DNA from: an uncultured Chloroflexia bacterium
GTDB taxonomy: Bacteria; Chloroflexota; Limnocylindria; Limnocylindrales; CSP1-4
NCBI GenBank assembly: GCA_963749705.1
Contig: CAVVNQ010000003.1
Location: forward strand, 288,001 to 352,000
Reading direction: 5' to 3'
Length of the DNA stretch: 64,000 bases
Below are positions 1-9,435 of this stretch, one piece after another. The notes beneath the pieces were generated by a model. That model saw only the letters and a list, made by a program, of their open reading frames with translations. It was not told the DNA's origin and ran no database searches. Position 1 is the stretch's first letter, and every line of letters starts with the position of its first letter. Both the position numbers and the translations under genes were made by a program.

Positions 1-2399
1 TCGGCGTACCTGTCGTAGTCGTCGACGACCTGGGGCGACCCGCTGTGGACGACCGCCCAACCGAGGCCGGTCCCGGGTGGCAGGCGGTACCCGACGTGGG
101 CTTCGAATGCGCCGATGCCGACCCGCGCCACGAGCTCCGACGATCCGCGGCCGTCGTCCTCGAGCAGGTACAGATAGCCGTGCTCGACGCCAACCATCCC
201 GGCCGCGCGCTCGACGATCGCGTGCAGCAGCTGGGACGCTTCCAGCCGCTCGAGGAGCCGGAACGTGGTCTCATCGACCGCGGCCAGGAACAGGTCGCGG
301 GTCGGATCGTTCGACGGCCCACGACCGACGTCGGTGGGCTTGGCCAGGTACAGGGCACGGTCCGCAGCCGCCACCACGTCGTCCTTGGTGGCGCCGTCGT
401 CGGGGAAGCGCGCCAGCCCGACCGTGACCGTGACCAGCGGTCCATCGCTGGTCGTCAGGAGGGCGACAGCGGCGCGGACGCGCTCTGCGACCTCGCGCGC
501 CTGGGCGATGGGCGTGCCCGTGAGGAGGATCGCGAACTCGTCGCCCCCGTACCGGTAGACGCGGTCGTCGGCGCGGATCGTGTCTCGCATCGCCATCCCG
601 ATGCGCGACAGCAGCGCGTCTCCCGCCGGGTGGCCGTGGGCGTCGTTGTACGACTTGAACGAGTCCAGGTCGAGCATGAGCAGCACGAACGGGTCGCCCG
701 CCTGGACCCACTCGCCGATCTCGCGCTGGAAGGCGCCGTGATTGCGGAGACCGGTCAACGCGTCACGCTCGGCGCGCGTCACGACCGCTCCGTGCGCCTC
801 CGCGTTGCGAAGGGCGATCGACGCCTGGCCCGCGAACAGCTGGACGAGCTCGAACTCGTCCTGGTTGAAGTGCGCATCGTCCTCGCCCATCCGCGACAGG
901 TTCAGCGTCCCGATGACCTCACCCGCGACCACCAGCGGGCACACGATCATCGACTCCGGCTCCTCGGTGGTGCCGGGGATGTGCATGGATCGCGGATCCA
1001 GGTGGGCGTCGTTGGCCAGCACCGCCTCGCGGTTGTGGACGACCCATCCGGTGATCCCGGCGTCGAGCGGGCCCTCGTGCGACAGGATCACCTCGGCGAA
1101 GCTGTCGCGCGCGACGACCGCCCGCCTGACCGCGGCGACGTGATCCACCCGGTAGATCGTGAGCGCGTCGTAGGACACGACGGTCTTGAGCGAGTCGGCG
1201 ATCATCTCGAGCACGCCGCCGGGATCGAGCGTCGCCATCAGCCGCTCGTTGACCTCGAGCAGGCGCCGCTGGCTCTCGAGCCGTCGGTGGAGCTCCTGCC
1301 GCTGACGGTGAACCTGGGCAAACGCCTCGGCATTCACGAGCGCCTGGGCCGCGTAGCCGGCGAAGATCTCCAGGGTCCGCTGATCGTCCTCGGAGTATCG
1401 GTCGTACCCGGACTTGGACACCACGATCACGCCCAGGACCCGTTCCTCGTATGACATCGGGACCAGCATCATGGACATCGAACCGCGCGACTCGCCGATG
1501 TGCCGCGCCCGGGGATCCGCGTACGCGTCGCCCAGGCGGATCGTGAGGTTGTGGAGCGCCACCCATCCGGTCAGGCCTTCACCGACGGCCAGCCTGAGCA
1601 TCTCGGGCGACGGATTGTCGGTCCCCGCGAACTCGCCCTGGAACGCCACCGGCTCGCACATCCGGGTGCCGTGGTCCACCCGGTAGACGCGGATGCTGTC
1701 GTGCTCGATGAGCTGGTCCGCCTCGGCGACGATCGCCTCGCCGATCCCCTCGACATCCTGGATCCGGCTGAGCCGCGACGACAGCTCCTGGATCGCACGG
1801 AGCCTTGCCGCGCCGTCCTGGACGGAGCTGTACAGCCGGCCGTTGACGACCGCCGAGGCGATCTGGTGGACGAACGCTCCGAGGAGTGCGACCTCGTCCG
1901 GGGTCCAGTCATACGCGTCCCGGTGGGCGACGACGAGCATGCCGACCGGATCCTCGCGGAACCGGAGCGGGGCGATGGCCACGTTGTGGAGCTTCTCGCT
2001 TCGGAAGACCGCGAGCAGCTCCGGGCCAAGGTCGTGCTGGTCCAGGATGATCGGCCGCCGCTCGCGCATCGCGCGCTCGCCGAGGATGGGCAGGTCGGCC
2101 GCTGCCCGGGTCGCCTCGTCGACCACGCCGAGGTCCGCGCCCCGCAGCGCCACCAGCCGGAACGGATGGGATCCGGGCTCGAGGAGCCACAGCCCCGCGA
2201 CGTCGGCGCCGAACAGTGCCTGGGATGCGTCGAGCACATCCTCGAACACCGCTCCAAGCTCGAGGTTCGCGTTGACACCGGCCACGATCCGGTCCAGCGC
2301 CGAAGCCCGGTCGTCCGGCTTTCGGACCCCGGATCCCGGTGTGGCTGTCGGTCGCGGGCCGCGTCCGATCGTGTTGCCCCTTTCGAGCGCAGTCGCCAT
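1..2399 (-). CDS. Multi-GAF diguanylate cyclase (GAF-GAF-GAF-GGDEF-GAF...), runs off the left window edge
   Basis: Manual translation from ATG 2399 (MATALERG...). Repeated GAF motifs (DVAGLWLL; MIVCPLVVAGEVIGTLNL); intact VYRYGGDEFA at ~531-560; another GAF starts after the GGDEF. Missing from the ORF track, probably because its stop lies outside the window. Confidence 0.88.
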   Translation of the reverse strand, partial: MATALERGNTIGRGPRPTATPGSGVRKPDDRASALDRIVAGVNANLELGAVFEDVLDASQALFGADVAGLWLLEPGSHPFRLVALRGADLGVVDEATRAAADLPILGERAMRERRPIILDQHDLGPELLAVFRSEKLHNVAIAPLRFREDPVGMLVVAHRDAYDWTPDEVALLGAFVHQIASAVVNGRLYSSVQDGAARLRAIQELSSRLSRIQDVEGIGEAIVAEADQLIEHDSIRVYRVDHGTRMCEPVAFQGEFAGTDNPSPEMLRLAVGEGLTGWVALHNLTIRLGDAYADPRARHIGESRGSMSMMLVPMSYEERVLGVIVVSKSGYDRYSEDDQRTLEIFAGYAAQALVNAEAFAQVHRQRQELHRRLESQRRLLEVNERLMATLDPGGVLEMIADSLKTVVSYDALTIYRVDHVAAVRRAVVARDSFAEVILSHEGPLDAGITGWVVHNREAVLANDAHLDPRSMHIPGTTEEPESMIVCPLVVAGEVIGTLNLSRMGEDDAHFNQDEFELVQLFAGQASIALRNAEAHGAVVTRAERDALTGLRNHGAFQREIGEWVQAGDPFVLLMLDLDSFKSYNDAHGHPAGDALLSRIGMAMRDTIRADDRVYRYGGDEFAILLTGTPIAQAREVAERVRAAVALLTTSDGPLVTVTVGLARFPDDGATKDDVVAAADRALYLAKPTDVGRGPSNDPTRDLFLAAVDETTFRLLERLEASQLLHAIVERAAGMVGVEHGYLYLLEDDGRGSSELVARVGIGAFEAHVGYRLPPGTGLGWAVVHSGSPQVVDDYDRYA

Positions 2400-2715
2400 T
2401 TGGGGGTCGTGGCTGCCCCATGGTCCTCGCAGAGCGCCCTTGCCAGACGTTCCTGATCGAGGTGTCAACTGGCACCGTAACGATCCGTTCGCCGCCGGAC
2501 GATAGGCCGGTGGTACTCCCGCGGGCGGCCCGCCGGGTCCACGTTCGCGACCGGAACGCATCCCATTCGGCCCGGGCCGCGGCGCCGTCGGCGGCTCCCG
2601 GTTCGCCCATCCGGCTCTCCAGTCCGACGGTCGCGAGCCGGACACTGGTCGGGCGACAGGGATCCGCCGACGCTGGGCTTGTGCCGGTGGACGCGGAACG
2701 CTCGCCAGGAGACGG

Positions 2716-3231
2716 ATGATGAAGGTGCTCGTCAGTGCGGCCTCACGGCATGGCGCCACGACCGAGGTGGCCGATGCGATTGCCGCTGCGCTCACCGCCG
2801 CGGGCGTGGATGCGGTCCTGACCCCGCCGGGCGAGGTGACGACCGTCGAAGGCTTCGATGGCGCCGTCATCGGGTCGGCGGTGTACGTCGGGCGTTGGCT
2901 CGAGCCGGCGAGGGAGCTCGTCGAGCGACATCGGGACGCGCTGACCGCGATCCCCGTCTGGCTGTTCTCGAGTGGGCCCATCGGCGATCCGCCCAAGCCG
3001 ATCGACGATCCCATCGACGCGCCCACCATGCGCGCCCTCGTCGGAGCCCGCGAGCACCGCCTGATCCCGGGGCAGATCGACAAGAAGCGGCTCGGCCTGG
3101 GCGAGCGCGCGATCCTCGCGGCGGTGCGCGCACCCGAGGGCGACTTCCGTCCGTGGGCGGAGATCGAGGCCTGGGCGCTCGAGATCGCGGCGGCGCTGCG
3201 CGAGGTCAGGCGACCCGTCGCGGCGCGCTGA
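2716..3231 (+). CDS. Flavodoxin-domain protein (HemG-like)
   Basis: KVLVSAASRHGATTEVA flavodoxin N-terminus, IGSAVY, WLFSSGP, GDFRPW; AGGAG RBS. Confidence 0.85.
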   Translation: MMKVLVSAASRHGATTEVADAIAAALTAAGVDAVLTPPGEVTTVEGFDGAVIGSAVYVGRWLEPARELVERHRDALTAIPVWLFSSGPIGDPPKPIDDPIDAPTMRALVGAREHRLIPGQIDKKRLGLGERAILAAVRAPEGDFRPWAEIEAWALEIAAALREVRRPVAAR

Positions 3232-3374
3232 CCGCGCCGCTCGGCGACTCCAGAAGGGCGGGGATCCGGTCACCCGCTCGGCGGCTGCCCGCTCCGGGTT
3301 CCACCGCGCCCATTCCCAACGGGTTGAGAATGGACGCCGGGCGCGGCTGGCGCGCCGCCAACGGAGGCTGCACG

Positions 3375-3977
3375 ATGCGGATTGCGATCCTGGGAGCGGG
3401 CAACGTGGGCGGAGGGCTCGGCAAGGCGTTCGCGGCGGTCGGGCACGAGGTGGCGTTCGGGGTTCGCGATCCCGAGAGCACCAAGACCATGGCGGCATTG
3501 GCCGACATCCCGGACGCGACCGCGACCTCGCCCGAGGATGCGGTCAACGGCGCGGACGTGATCGTGTTCGCCGTGCGCCCGGTCGCGATGCACGCGATGA
3601 CCCAGGACCTGCCGCCGCTCGACGGGCGGATCGTCATCGACGCCATGAACCGCTTCGACGGCGACCCCGGACGATCGACGGTCGACGACCTGGCGCAGCT
3701 CATCCCCGGCGCCCGGCTGGTCAAGGCGTTCAACACGATCGGGTTCGAGAACTACGCGACGGCTCGCGAGCGCCGCACGCAGGCCGCCATGTTCGTGGCC
3801 GGTGACGACCCGGATGCCAAGGGGGTGGCGCTCGGCCTGGCTGCCGAGATCGGGTTCGCGGCGGAGGACGCGGGCGGCCTGGCCAACGCCCGCTCGCTCG
3901 AGGAGATGGTCAAGGTCTGGCTGGTGCTGTCGCAGACGCACGGGCGCAACGTGGGCTTCGCGATCTCACTTGGCTGA
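3375..3977 (+). CDS. NADPH-dependent F420 reductase-family / NAD(P)-binding oxidoreductase
   Basis: MRIAILGAGNVGGGLG Rossmann motif, IDAMN, VKAFNTI, AGDD; GGAGG RBS. Confidence 0.85.
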   Translation: MRIAILGAGNVGGGLGKAFAAVGHEVAFGVRDPESTKTMAALADIPDATATSPEDAVNGADVIVFAVRPVAMHAMTQDLPPLDGRIVIDAMNRFDGDPGRSTVDDLAQLIPGARLVKAFNTIGFENYATARERRTQAAMFVAGDDPDAKGVALGLAAEIGFAAEDAGGLANARSLEEMVKVWLVLSQTHGRNVGFAISLG

Positions 3978-4030
3978 CGTGCCTGCGTTGGCGCGGTCGG
4001 AGCTCGCGCAGGATCACGGCATCGGTTACG

Positions 4031-4570
4031 TCAGCCTGTTGGCACCCAGAACCGCAGCTTGCCGGCGCGCTCGTCCTCGAGCCGGCCGCCGTTGCGCTCG
4101 ATGACCGTGCGGGAGCCGACGTTGTCGACATCGCAGGTGACGAGAGCACGCTCGATGCCGAGACCCGCAGCGATCGCCAGGCCCTCGTGCAGCATCGCCG
4201 TCGCGTGCCCGCGCCGCCGCGCCGACGGCCGCACGTCGTAGCCGATATGGCCCCCCGCCTCGAGCAGGAACGGCGTCAGGCGGTGGCGGATCCCGATCCG
4301 TCCCAGGAACTCGTCCTCGCCGACCCACCACAGCTCGGTGGCCGGCACCCAGCCATCGGGGCGCGGCGTCTCCTCGAGTCGTTCCGCCCGGACCGCGGCG
4401 CAGAACGCCGCGAATGCCCGGTCGGTCGACCACGCATCGGCGCGATCGCGAACATAGCCGCCGATGACCGTGCGGTCGTCCGGCGCGCCCCGCCCTTCGG
4501 CCGCGAACTCGGCCATCGCCGCAGCGAACGAGGCGCGAAGACGGTGGTTCGGCGCGGACAGCTCAGCCAT
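4031..4570 (-). CDS. GNAT family N-acetyltransferase
   Basis: IRHRLTPFLLEAGGHIGYDVRPSARRRGHAT and NVGSRTVIERNGG motifs. Confidence 0.85.
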   Translation of the reverse strand: MAELSAPNHRLRASFAAAMAEFAAEGRGAPDDRTVIGGYVRDRADAWSTDRAFAAFCAAVRAERLEETPRPDGWVPATELWWVGEDEFLGRIGIRHRLTPFLLEAGGHIGYDVRPSARRRGHATAMLHEGLAIAAGLGIERALVTCDVDNVGSRTVIERNGGRLEDERAGKLRFWVPTG

Positions 4571-4919
4571 GATCGGATTGTTGCGGACTGCGGCGCCTCT
4601 TATCACGACGCAGCGTGAACCGACGCCGGTAGCCAGATCCTTTCCTGGCAAATGCCCGCGGGGCGAGCATTGGCCAGCGTCCCGAGCCCGAGCATTCCCC
4701 CCAGCCGCTCGCCAGCCCACCGCTCGAGCACGGTTGGCCGCGCTGCTCGGGTGGTCGACCGTCACCTGCGCTCCGAAATGCCCGTTGCCGCCCGGGCACG
4801 CTGGCGAACGCCCATCGCCTGGTCATGTGTCATGCCCGGACGGGTTCCCGACGTCGGGCAACACCTCGCATCGCGCCGGCTGAGTGCGAGGCGGCCGACC
4901 GAGGCGGAGGGCCGGGTGC

Positions 4920-4949
4920 TTGACATGTGACTATCTGGTCACGTATTGT
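4920..4949 (+). promoter_or_regulatory. Sigma70-type promoter with an internal inverted repeat (probable ArsR operator)
   Basis: TTGACA 4920-4925, TATTGT 4944-4949; GTGAC-N6-GTCAC 4927-4942 between them; ATG 7 nt downstream. Confidence 0.65.
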
Positions 4950-4956
4950 GCCGGCC

Positions 4957-5709
4957 ATGGACGAGGTGTTCCGAGCCCTGGCCGACCCCACCCGGCGGCG
5001 CCTGCTCGACGAGCTGTTCCGCGAGGACGGCCAGTCGCTGACAGCGCTCGAATCGCGGTTCGGGATGTCGCGCTTCGGGGTCATGAAGCACCTGAGGATC
5101 CTGGAGGACGCCGGCCTGGTCGTCACCCGACGGCGCGGCCGCGAGAAGCTCCATTTCCTCAACCCCGTCCCCATCCGGCTCGTCCACGATCGGTGGGTGA
5201 GCAAGTACGCAGCGCCCTGGGCGGCAGCGCTCAGCGGCCTCAAGCAGGAGCTGGAGCGTCCCATGGAGAAGGTGTTCGAGATCTACATCAAGACGACCCC
5301 GGAGCGGCTGTGGGAGGCGATCACCGACCCGGAGATCCGGGCGAAGTACAACTTCGGCGCCCGCCAGATGTCGGACTTCACGCCGGGATCGACCTACCAG
5401 ATGGGGGCACCGGGGGCACCGGGACCGCTGGGCGAAGGCGTCAACCTCGAGGTCGATCCGCCGCGCCGGCTCGTCCAGAGCATGGTCGCGTTGTGGGGCG
5501 AGGACGTGAAGGCCGAGGGCACGTCGCGGGTGACCTGGGAGATCGAGCCCGTCGGCGACTCGTGCCACCTCACGGTCACCCATGACCAGCTCCGCGAAGG
5601 TGCCAACGAGCAGCTGTACGGCGGCTGGCCGATGATCCTGTCCGGGCTCAAGACCTGGCTCGAGACCGGTGAGCTGCTCACCACGCCCGGCTCGCTGATG
5701 TACACCTGA
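4957..5709 (+). CDS. ArsR HTH fused to SRPBCC/AHSA1 ligand-binding domain
   Basis: VFRALADPTRRRLL...KHLRILEDAGLV followed in frame by VFEIYIKTTPERLWEAITDP...GWPMILSGLKTWLET. Confidence 0.9.
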   Translation: MDEVFRALADPTRRRLLDELFREDGQSLTALESRFGMSRFGVMKHLRILEDAGLVVTRRRGREKLHFLNPVPIRLVHDRWVSKYAAPWAAALSGLKQELERPMEKVFEIYIKTTPERLWEAITDPEIRAKYNFGARQMSDFTPGSTYQMGAPGAPGPLGEGVNLEVDPPRRLVQSMVALWGEDVKAEGTSRVTWEIEPVGDSCHLTVTHDQLREGANEQLYGGWPMILSGLKTWLETGELLTTPGSLMYT

Positions 5710-5957
5710 GCCGCGCCCTCGGCGCGACGTCGGGCGTCGGCAGCACGTCTGTTCGGGCCTCGGAACGGAGGTACTGACGACCCCGTACTTCCGGCCAATT
5801 CTCCCGACGACCAAATCGCGGTTGTCTTGTGCAGTCAGGTACGGACCGACCCCGTACGAACAGGGCAGTCGGTACTGGGACAGACCAGGCGTCTGGGACG
5901 TCAGCGTGTCCCCAATGGCGGCCTAAGCGCTCTCACATTTCCGCAGGAGTGCCCCCG

Positions 5958-7346
5958 GTGGAATGGAGCCAAGCGTCACCGTCCCTACTCGTTGCTGCCG
6001 CCGCACCGCGGCGCCGGCCTGATCCCGTCCTCCGAGCGAGACCGCTCGCGCGCCTGAGACGGATACGCCTCGAATCGCGCGAGCGCCTTGCCATCTGGGT
6101 TTCGTTTCAGGTGCTCGCCGCGACCGGCATGTTCGCGATCGTGCTCGCCAACATCTCCCTCAGGGCCGAGATCGCGCTGCCCTGGCCGGGACTCGCTCCC
6201 GACACCGCCCTCCTGGCGGGGATCGTGTTCTGGCTGGTGTTCGGCCTGCTCGGCGGCGTGCGGGCGCACGCGAGGCCCGGTGGTGGCGTCATGACCTTCA
6301 GCATGCCGTTCATCGTCGCCGGGACGATCCTCGGCGGACCGCTCGTGGGTGGCCTGATGGCCCTCGTTTCGGAGCTCGAGGCTCGCGAGCTGCGGACGCA
6401 GCCGTGGTACGGGATCCTCGCCAACCACTCCGTGTCGATCATTGCCGCGATCGCCGCTGCCTGGGCCGCCGACCTCGCGCGGTCCGTGTTCACGCCGGCG
6501 CTGCCCGCGCAGCAGCCGCTCCAATTCTTCGTGGTTGCGATGGTGACGGCGACCGTGTTCGGCGTGGTCAGCTTCGTCCTCGTCGTCCCGACCCTCGCCC
6601 TGCGGGGCGAGCTCAGCCTGGCGGAAGCCAGTCGTTCGGCGGACGCCACGTTTCGAGCCACATCGGTCGGCGAGGGCATCCTGGCCTGGCTGATGGCCGC
6701 GACCTACCCCCTGATCGGCTGGTGGGCGCCGATTGCCTGCATCGTCCTCGTCCTGATCACGTGGCAGGCGCACGATCGATCGGAGGCGCTTCGCCACGAC
6801 GAGAAGACCGGGCTGTTCAATGACGCCGGGTTCAATCCCCGACTCATCGCAGCGGTCGAAACGGCCCGCAAGGGCCATCGCTCCGCGGCGTTCGTGCTGC
6901 TCGATCTCGACCGGTTCAAGGCGGTCAACGACATCTGGTTCTACGAGGCCGGCGACGAGGTCCTGCGGGCGACGGCGCTCCGGATGCTCGCGGCCGTCCG
7001 CGCGACCGACTGCGTCGCGCGCATGAACCGCGCCGGCGACGAGTTCGCGGTCCTGCTTGACGACATCCGCGACGTCGCGATGGCCCAGCGGCTCGCCGAG
7101 CGCCTGCAGTCCAGGATCCGCGAACCGATCCGGCTGCGGAGTCGCGACGGCATCGTCGACGTCGACGCGTCGATCGGTGTCGTGCTCCTCGAGCGCGGGA
7201 CGTCCTTCACGGCGGCCGATGTCGTGCGGATCGCCGACGCGCGGATGCAGCGAGGCAAGGCACTCGGCTCGGGGATCGTCACCGATGGCGACGACGACGA
7301 AGCCGCGTTCGAGGAGCGCCGCGCGCGAGTGCCGTCCCGCGTCTGA
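5958..7346 (+). CDS. Multi-TM membrane protein with C-terminal GGDEF-type domain (variant RMNRAGDEF)
   Basis: Several hydrophobic segments; DEKTGLFN, LDLDRFKAVND, GDEVL, AGDEF; GTG 5958 with AGGAG upstream. Confidence 0.8.
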   Translation: MEWSQASPSLLVAAAAPRRRPDPVLRARPLARLRRIRLESRERLAIWVSFQVLAATGMFAIVLANISLRAEIALPWPGLAPDTALLAGIVFWLVFGLLGGVRAHARPGGGVMTFSMPFIVAGTILGGPLVGGLMALVSELEARELRTQPWYGILANHSVSIIAAIAAAWAADLARSVFTPALPAQQPLQFFVVAMVTATVFGVVSFVLVVPTLALRGELSLAEASRSADATFRATSVGEGILAWLMAATYPLIGWWAPIACIVLVLITWQAHDRSEALRHDEKTGLFNDAGFNPRLIAAVETARKGHRSAAFVLLDLDRFKAVNDIWFYEAGDEVLRATALRMLAAVRATDCVARMNRAGDEFAVLLDDIRDVAMAQRLAERLQSRIREPIRLRSRDGIVDVDASIGVVLLERGTSFTAADVVRIADARMQRGKALGSGIVTDGDDDEAAFEERRARVPSRV

Positions 7347-7398
7347 GCGCCCATTTCCTGCAGCCAGTGCTCCGAACACATCCTGGGAGGTTCATCCA

Positions 7399-8514
7399 AT
7401 GCCGTTCGTGAGGGTCGGGCCCAGCCAGTACCTGCTGGTCGGCCGTGGGGGAAAGGTCGAGAACCGAGGGTCGGCGGTGCAGGCGTTCCTGCTTCCAGGG
7501 GCCGTCTACGTCGTGGTTCCTGCATCCAAGCAGGAGGCGGCGTTCGAGTTCACGCAGGAGACCAGGGACGGGATCCCGCTCCGGTTCAAGGGGATCATCA
7601 TCTACCGGATCACGGACCCGGTCGCCGCTGCGCGCCTGTTCGACTTCAGCGATCGCTCGGGCATCTCCCAGATCACGACGCTGCTCACGGATGTCTGCCT
7701 CGGGGAGCTTCGCCACGCGGTCTCGCACATGAACATGGTGGACTGCATCGAGCAGCGGAAGACGACGCTCAGTGCGGTCGCCGAGTCTGCTTTGCAGGCG
7801 ACGATCCACGGGGAGCATGGCCAGGCGGACGATTGGGGCATCACCCTGGAGGTCGCCCAGCTGGCGCAGGTGTTCATCGTTGACAAGGAGCTCCGCCAGC
7901 AGCTCGAAGCGGAGGTCCGCAACGAGATCAAGCTCAGGAGCGAGCAGTCCAACCTCCGGACGCAGGAGGAGAACCGGCTCGCGGAGATGGCCTCCGACGG
8001 TCGTGTGCAGGAACGAAAGCTGGCCAGCGACCAGGAGAGCCTCCGCCGCGAGGAGGAGCTGGAGATGGCGCAGCTGGCTCGCCAGCGCCGGATGCAGGCC
8101 GAGGCCGTTGCCACCGAGCGCCGGGCGTTCGAGCTCGAGCAGGAGCGGTTCGAGGCCGAGATGGCACGGGACCAGGCCGCCGTGGAGATCGAGGCTCCGG
8201 TCCGTCTCCTGCGTGTCGCACGCGAGGCGGAGGTGCTCCGCGAGGAGCTGAAGATGCGCAGGCTCCAGAACCAGGTGAAGGCGCTCGACGTCGAGCACGA
8301 GCTGCTCCTCCCGCGTGCCCAGCAGGAGCTGCGGCTCGAGATGCTGCCCGTCGAACAGGCGCCGCAGATCGTCGAGGCGGCGTCACGGGTGCTGCACGGC
8401 ACGAACCTGTCGATCTACGGCGAGAACGCCCAGCTCGTCGGCCAGCTCGCGCCGGTGTTCGAGATCCTGGCCCGTGGCATCAAGGAGGCGATCCCCGGCC
8501 ATCCATCGGCATGA
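7399..8514 (+). CDS. SPFH/band-7 (flotillin-like) protein
   Basis: SPFH-like N-terminus (TQETRDGIPL, YRITDP) then long E/R/Q-rich coiled coil; GGAGG RBS. Confidence 0.75.
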   Translation: MPFVRVGPSQYLLVGRGGKVENRGSAVQAFLLPGAVYVVVPASKQEAAFEFTQETRDGIPLRFKGIIIYRITDPVAAARLFDFSDRSGISQITTLLTDVCLGELRHAVSHMNMVDCIEQRKTTLSAVAESALQATIHGEHGQADDWGITLEVAQLAQVFIVDKELRQQLEAEVRNEIKLRSEQSNLRTQEENRLAEMASDGRVQERKLASDQESLRREEELEMAQLARQRRMQAEAVATERRAFELEQERFEAEMARDQAAVEIEAPVRLLRVAREAEVLREELKMRRLQNQVKALDVEHELLLPRAQQELRLEMLPVEQAPQIVEAASRVLHGTNLSIYGENAQLVGQLAPVFEILARGIKEAIPGHPSA

Positions 8515-8555
8515 GGGGGTCAGGTGGGGCCCCGGCCCGGCCGGACTCCGCGGCG

Positions 8556-9317
8556 CTATGGACTGGGGATGGACGGGATCGGGCTGGCTTCGCAGTCGCG
8601 GGCGAGACGCTCCAGCGCCCTTCGCTCCGCTGCGTCGATGGCGAGCTGCCAGCGGGTCTTCACCGCGACCCAGTCCACGGCGTACGCACACCGGGCTGAT
8701 GCGAGCGGCGGCAGCCAGTGGGCGGGGTCCTGGTCGCCCTTGCTGCGATTGGACGACGCGCTGACCGCCAGCAGCGCCCACGGCACCCCGAGGTCGTTGG
8801 CAAACGCCTCCCGGCGCTGCGGCGTCCAGCCGTAGGCCCCGGAGTCCCATGCCTCGGCGAGCGCGACGACATGGTCGATGTCGAGCTCGGATGCATCGGT
8901 GACGTCGAGGCCGTCGTAGAGGCTGATCCACTCACCCCCTGAAAGCGAGCATCCGGGCCCGACCTCCGGGGCCACGATCGCCTCGGCGATCAGCACCTCC
9001 CGGCGCGTGTCGCAGCCGTCGCCATCCGCATCGATCCAGTGGACGAACAGGTCCCGGGAGTAGCCGCGGCGATGCTCCGGCGCGACCACGAGCTGATCGA
9101 TGAGCATCGTCAGGCTGCCGGGTCCAGGTTGCGATCCCGCGACCGATGGCGCCGGGGCTTCCGTGTGCCTCGCCGTCCCGGACGAGACTGCCGCGGTGGG
9201 CGTCGCGCGTGCTGCGGCCGGTTCCGACGGCGCTTCGCCGCGCAGGCCGATGGCGATGATGACGAGCAGGATCACGACAGCCGCGACTGCGAGGAGGAGA
9301 CGGCTGCGTGGCGACAT
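8556..9317 (-). CDS. Membrane-anchored/secreted HNH nuclease (DUF1524-like)
   Basis: N-terminal TM; GYSRDLF.HW, CDTR, IDHVVAL.EAW.SGA, SNRSKGD, CAY...W..VK. Confidence 0.85.
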   Translation of the reverse strand: MSPRSRLLLAVAAVVILLVIIAIGLRGEAPSEPAAARATPTAAVSSGTARHTEAPAPSVAGSQPGPGSLTMLIDQLVVAPEHRRGYSRDLFVHWIDADGDGCDTRREVLIAEAIVAPEVGPGCSLSGGEWISLYDGLDVTDASELDIDHVVALAEAWDSGAYGWTPQRREAFANDLGVPWALLAVSASSNRSKGDQDPAHWLPPLASARCAYAVDWVAVKTRWQLAIDAAERRALERLARDCEASPIPSIPSP

Positions 9318-9435
9318 GCGATGCACTCTGGCTGGGTAGATCCCTGGCAAGCCGGGTGGGGCGCCAGGTCGCCGGCTCGCCCACCGCTCCGCGACCCCGA
9401 TGCTACCCGGTCATCGGCCGCATAGACTCGCGATC

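Noticed and set aside
45-2505. Long plus-strand ORFs here and other long antisense ORFs (e.g. 48806-52084, 52360-54909, 35173-37092, 27129-29381)
   Set aside because: Shadow ORFs typical of high-GC DNA; no motifs, and they lie opposite well-supported genes
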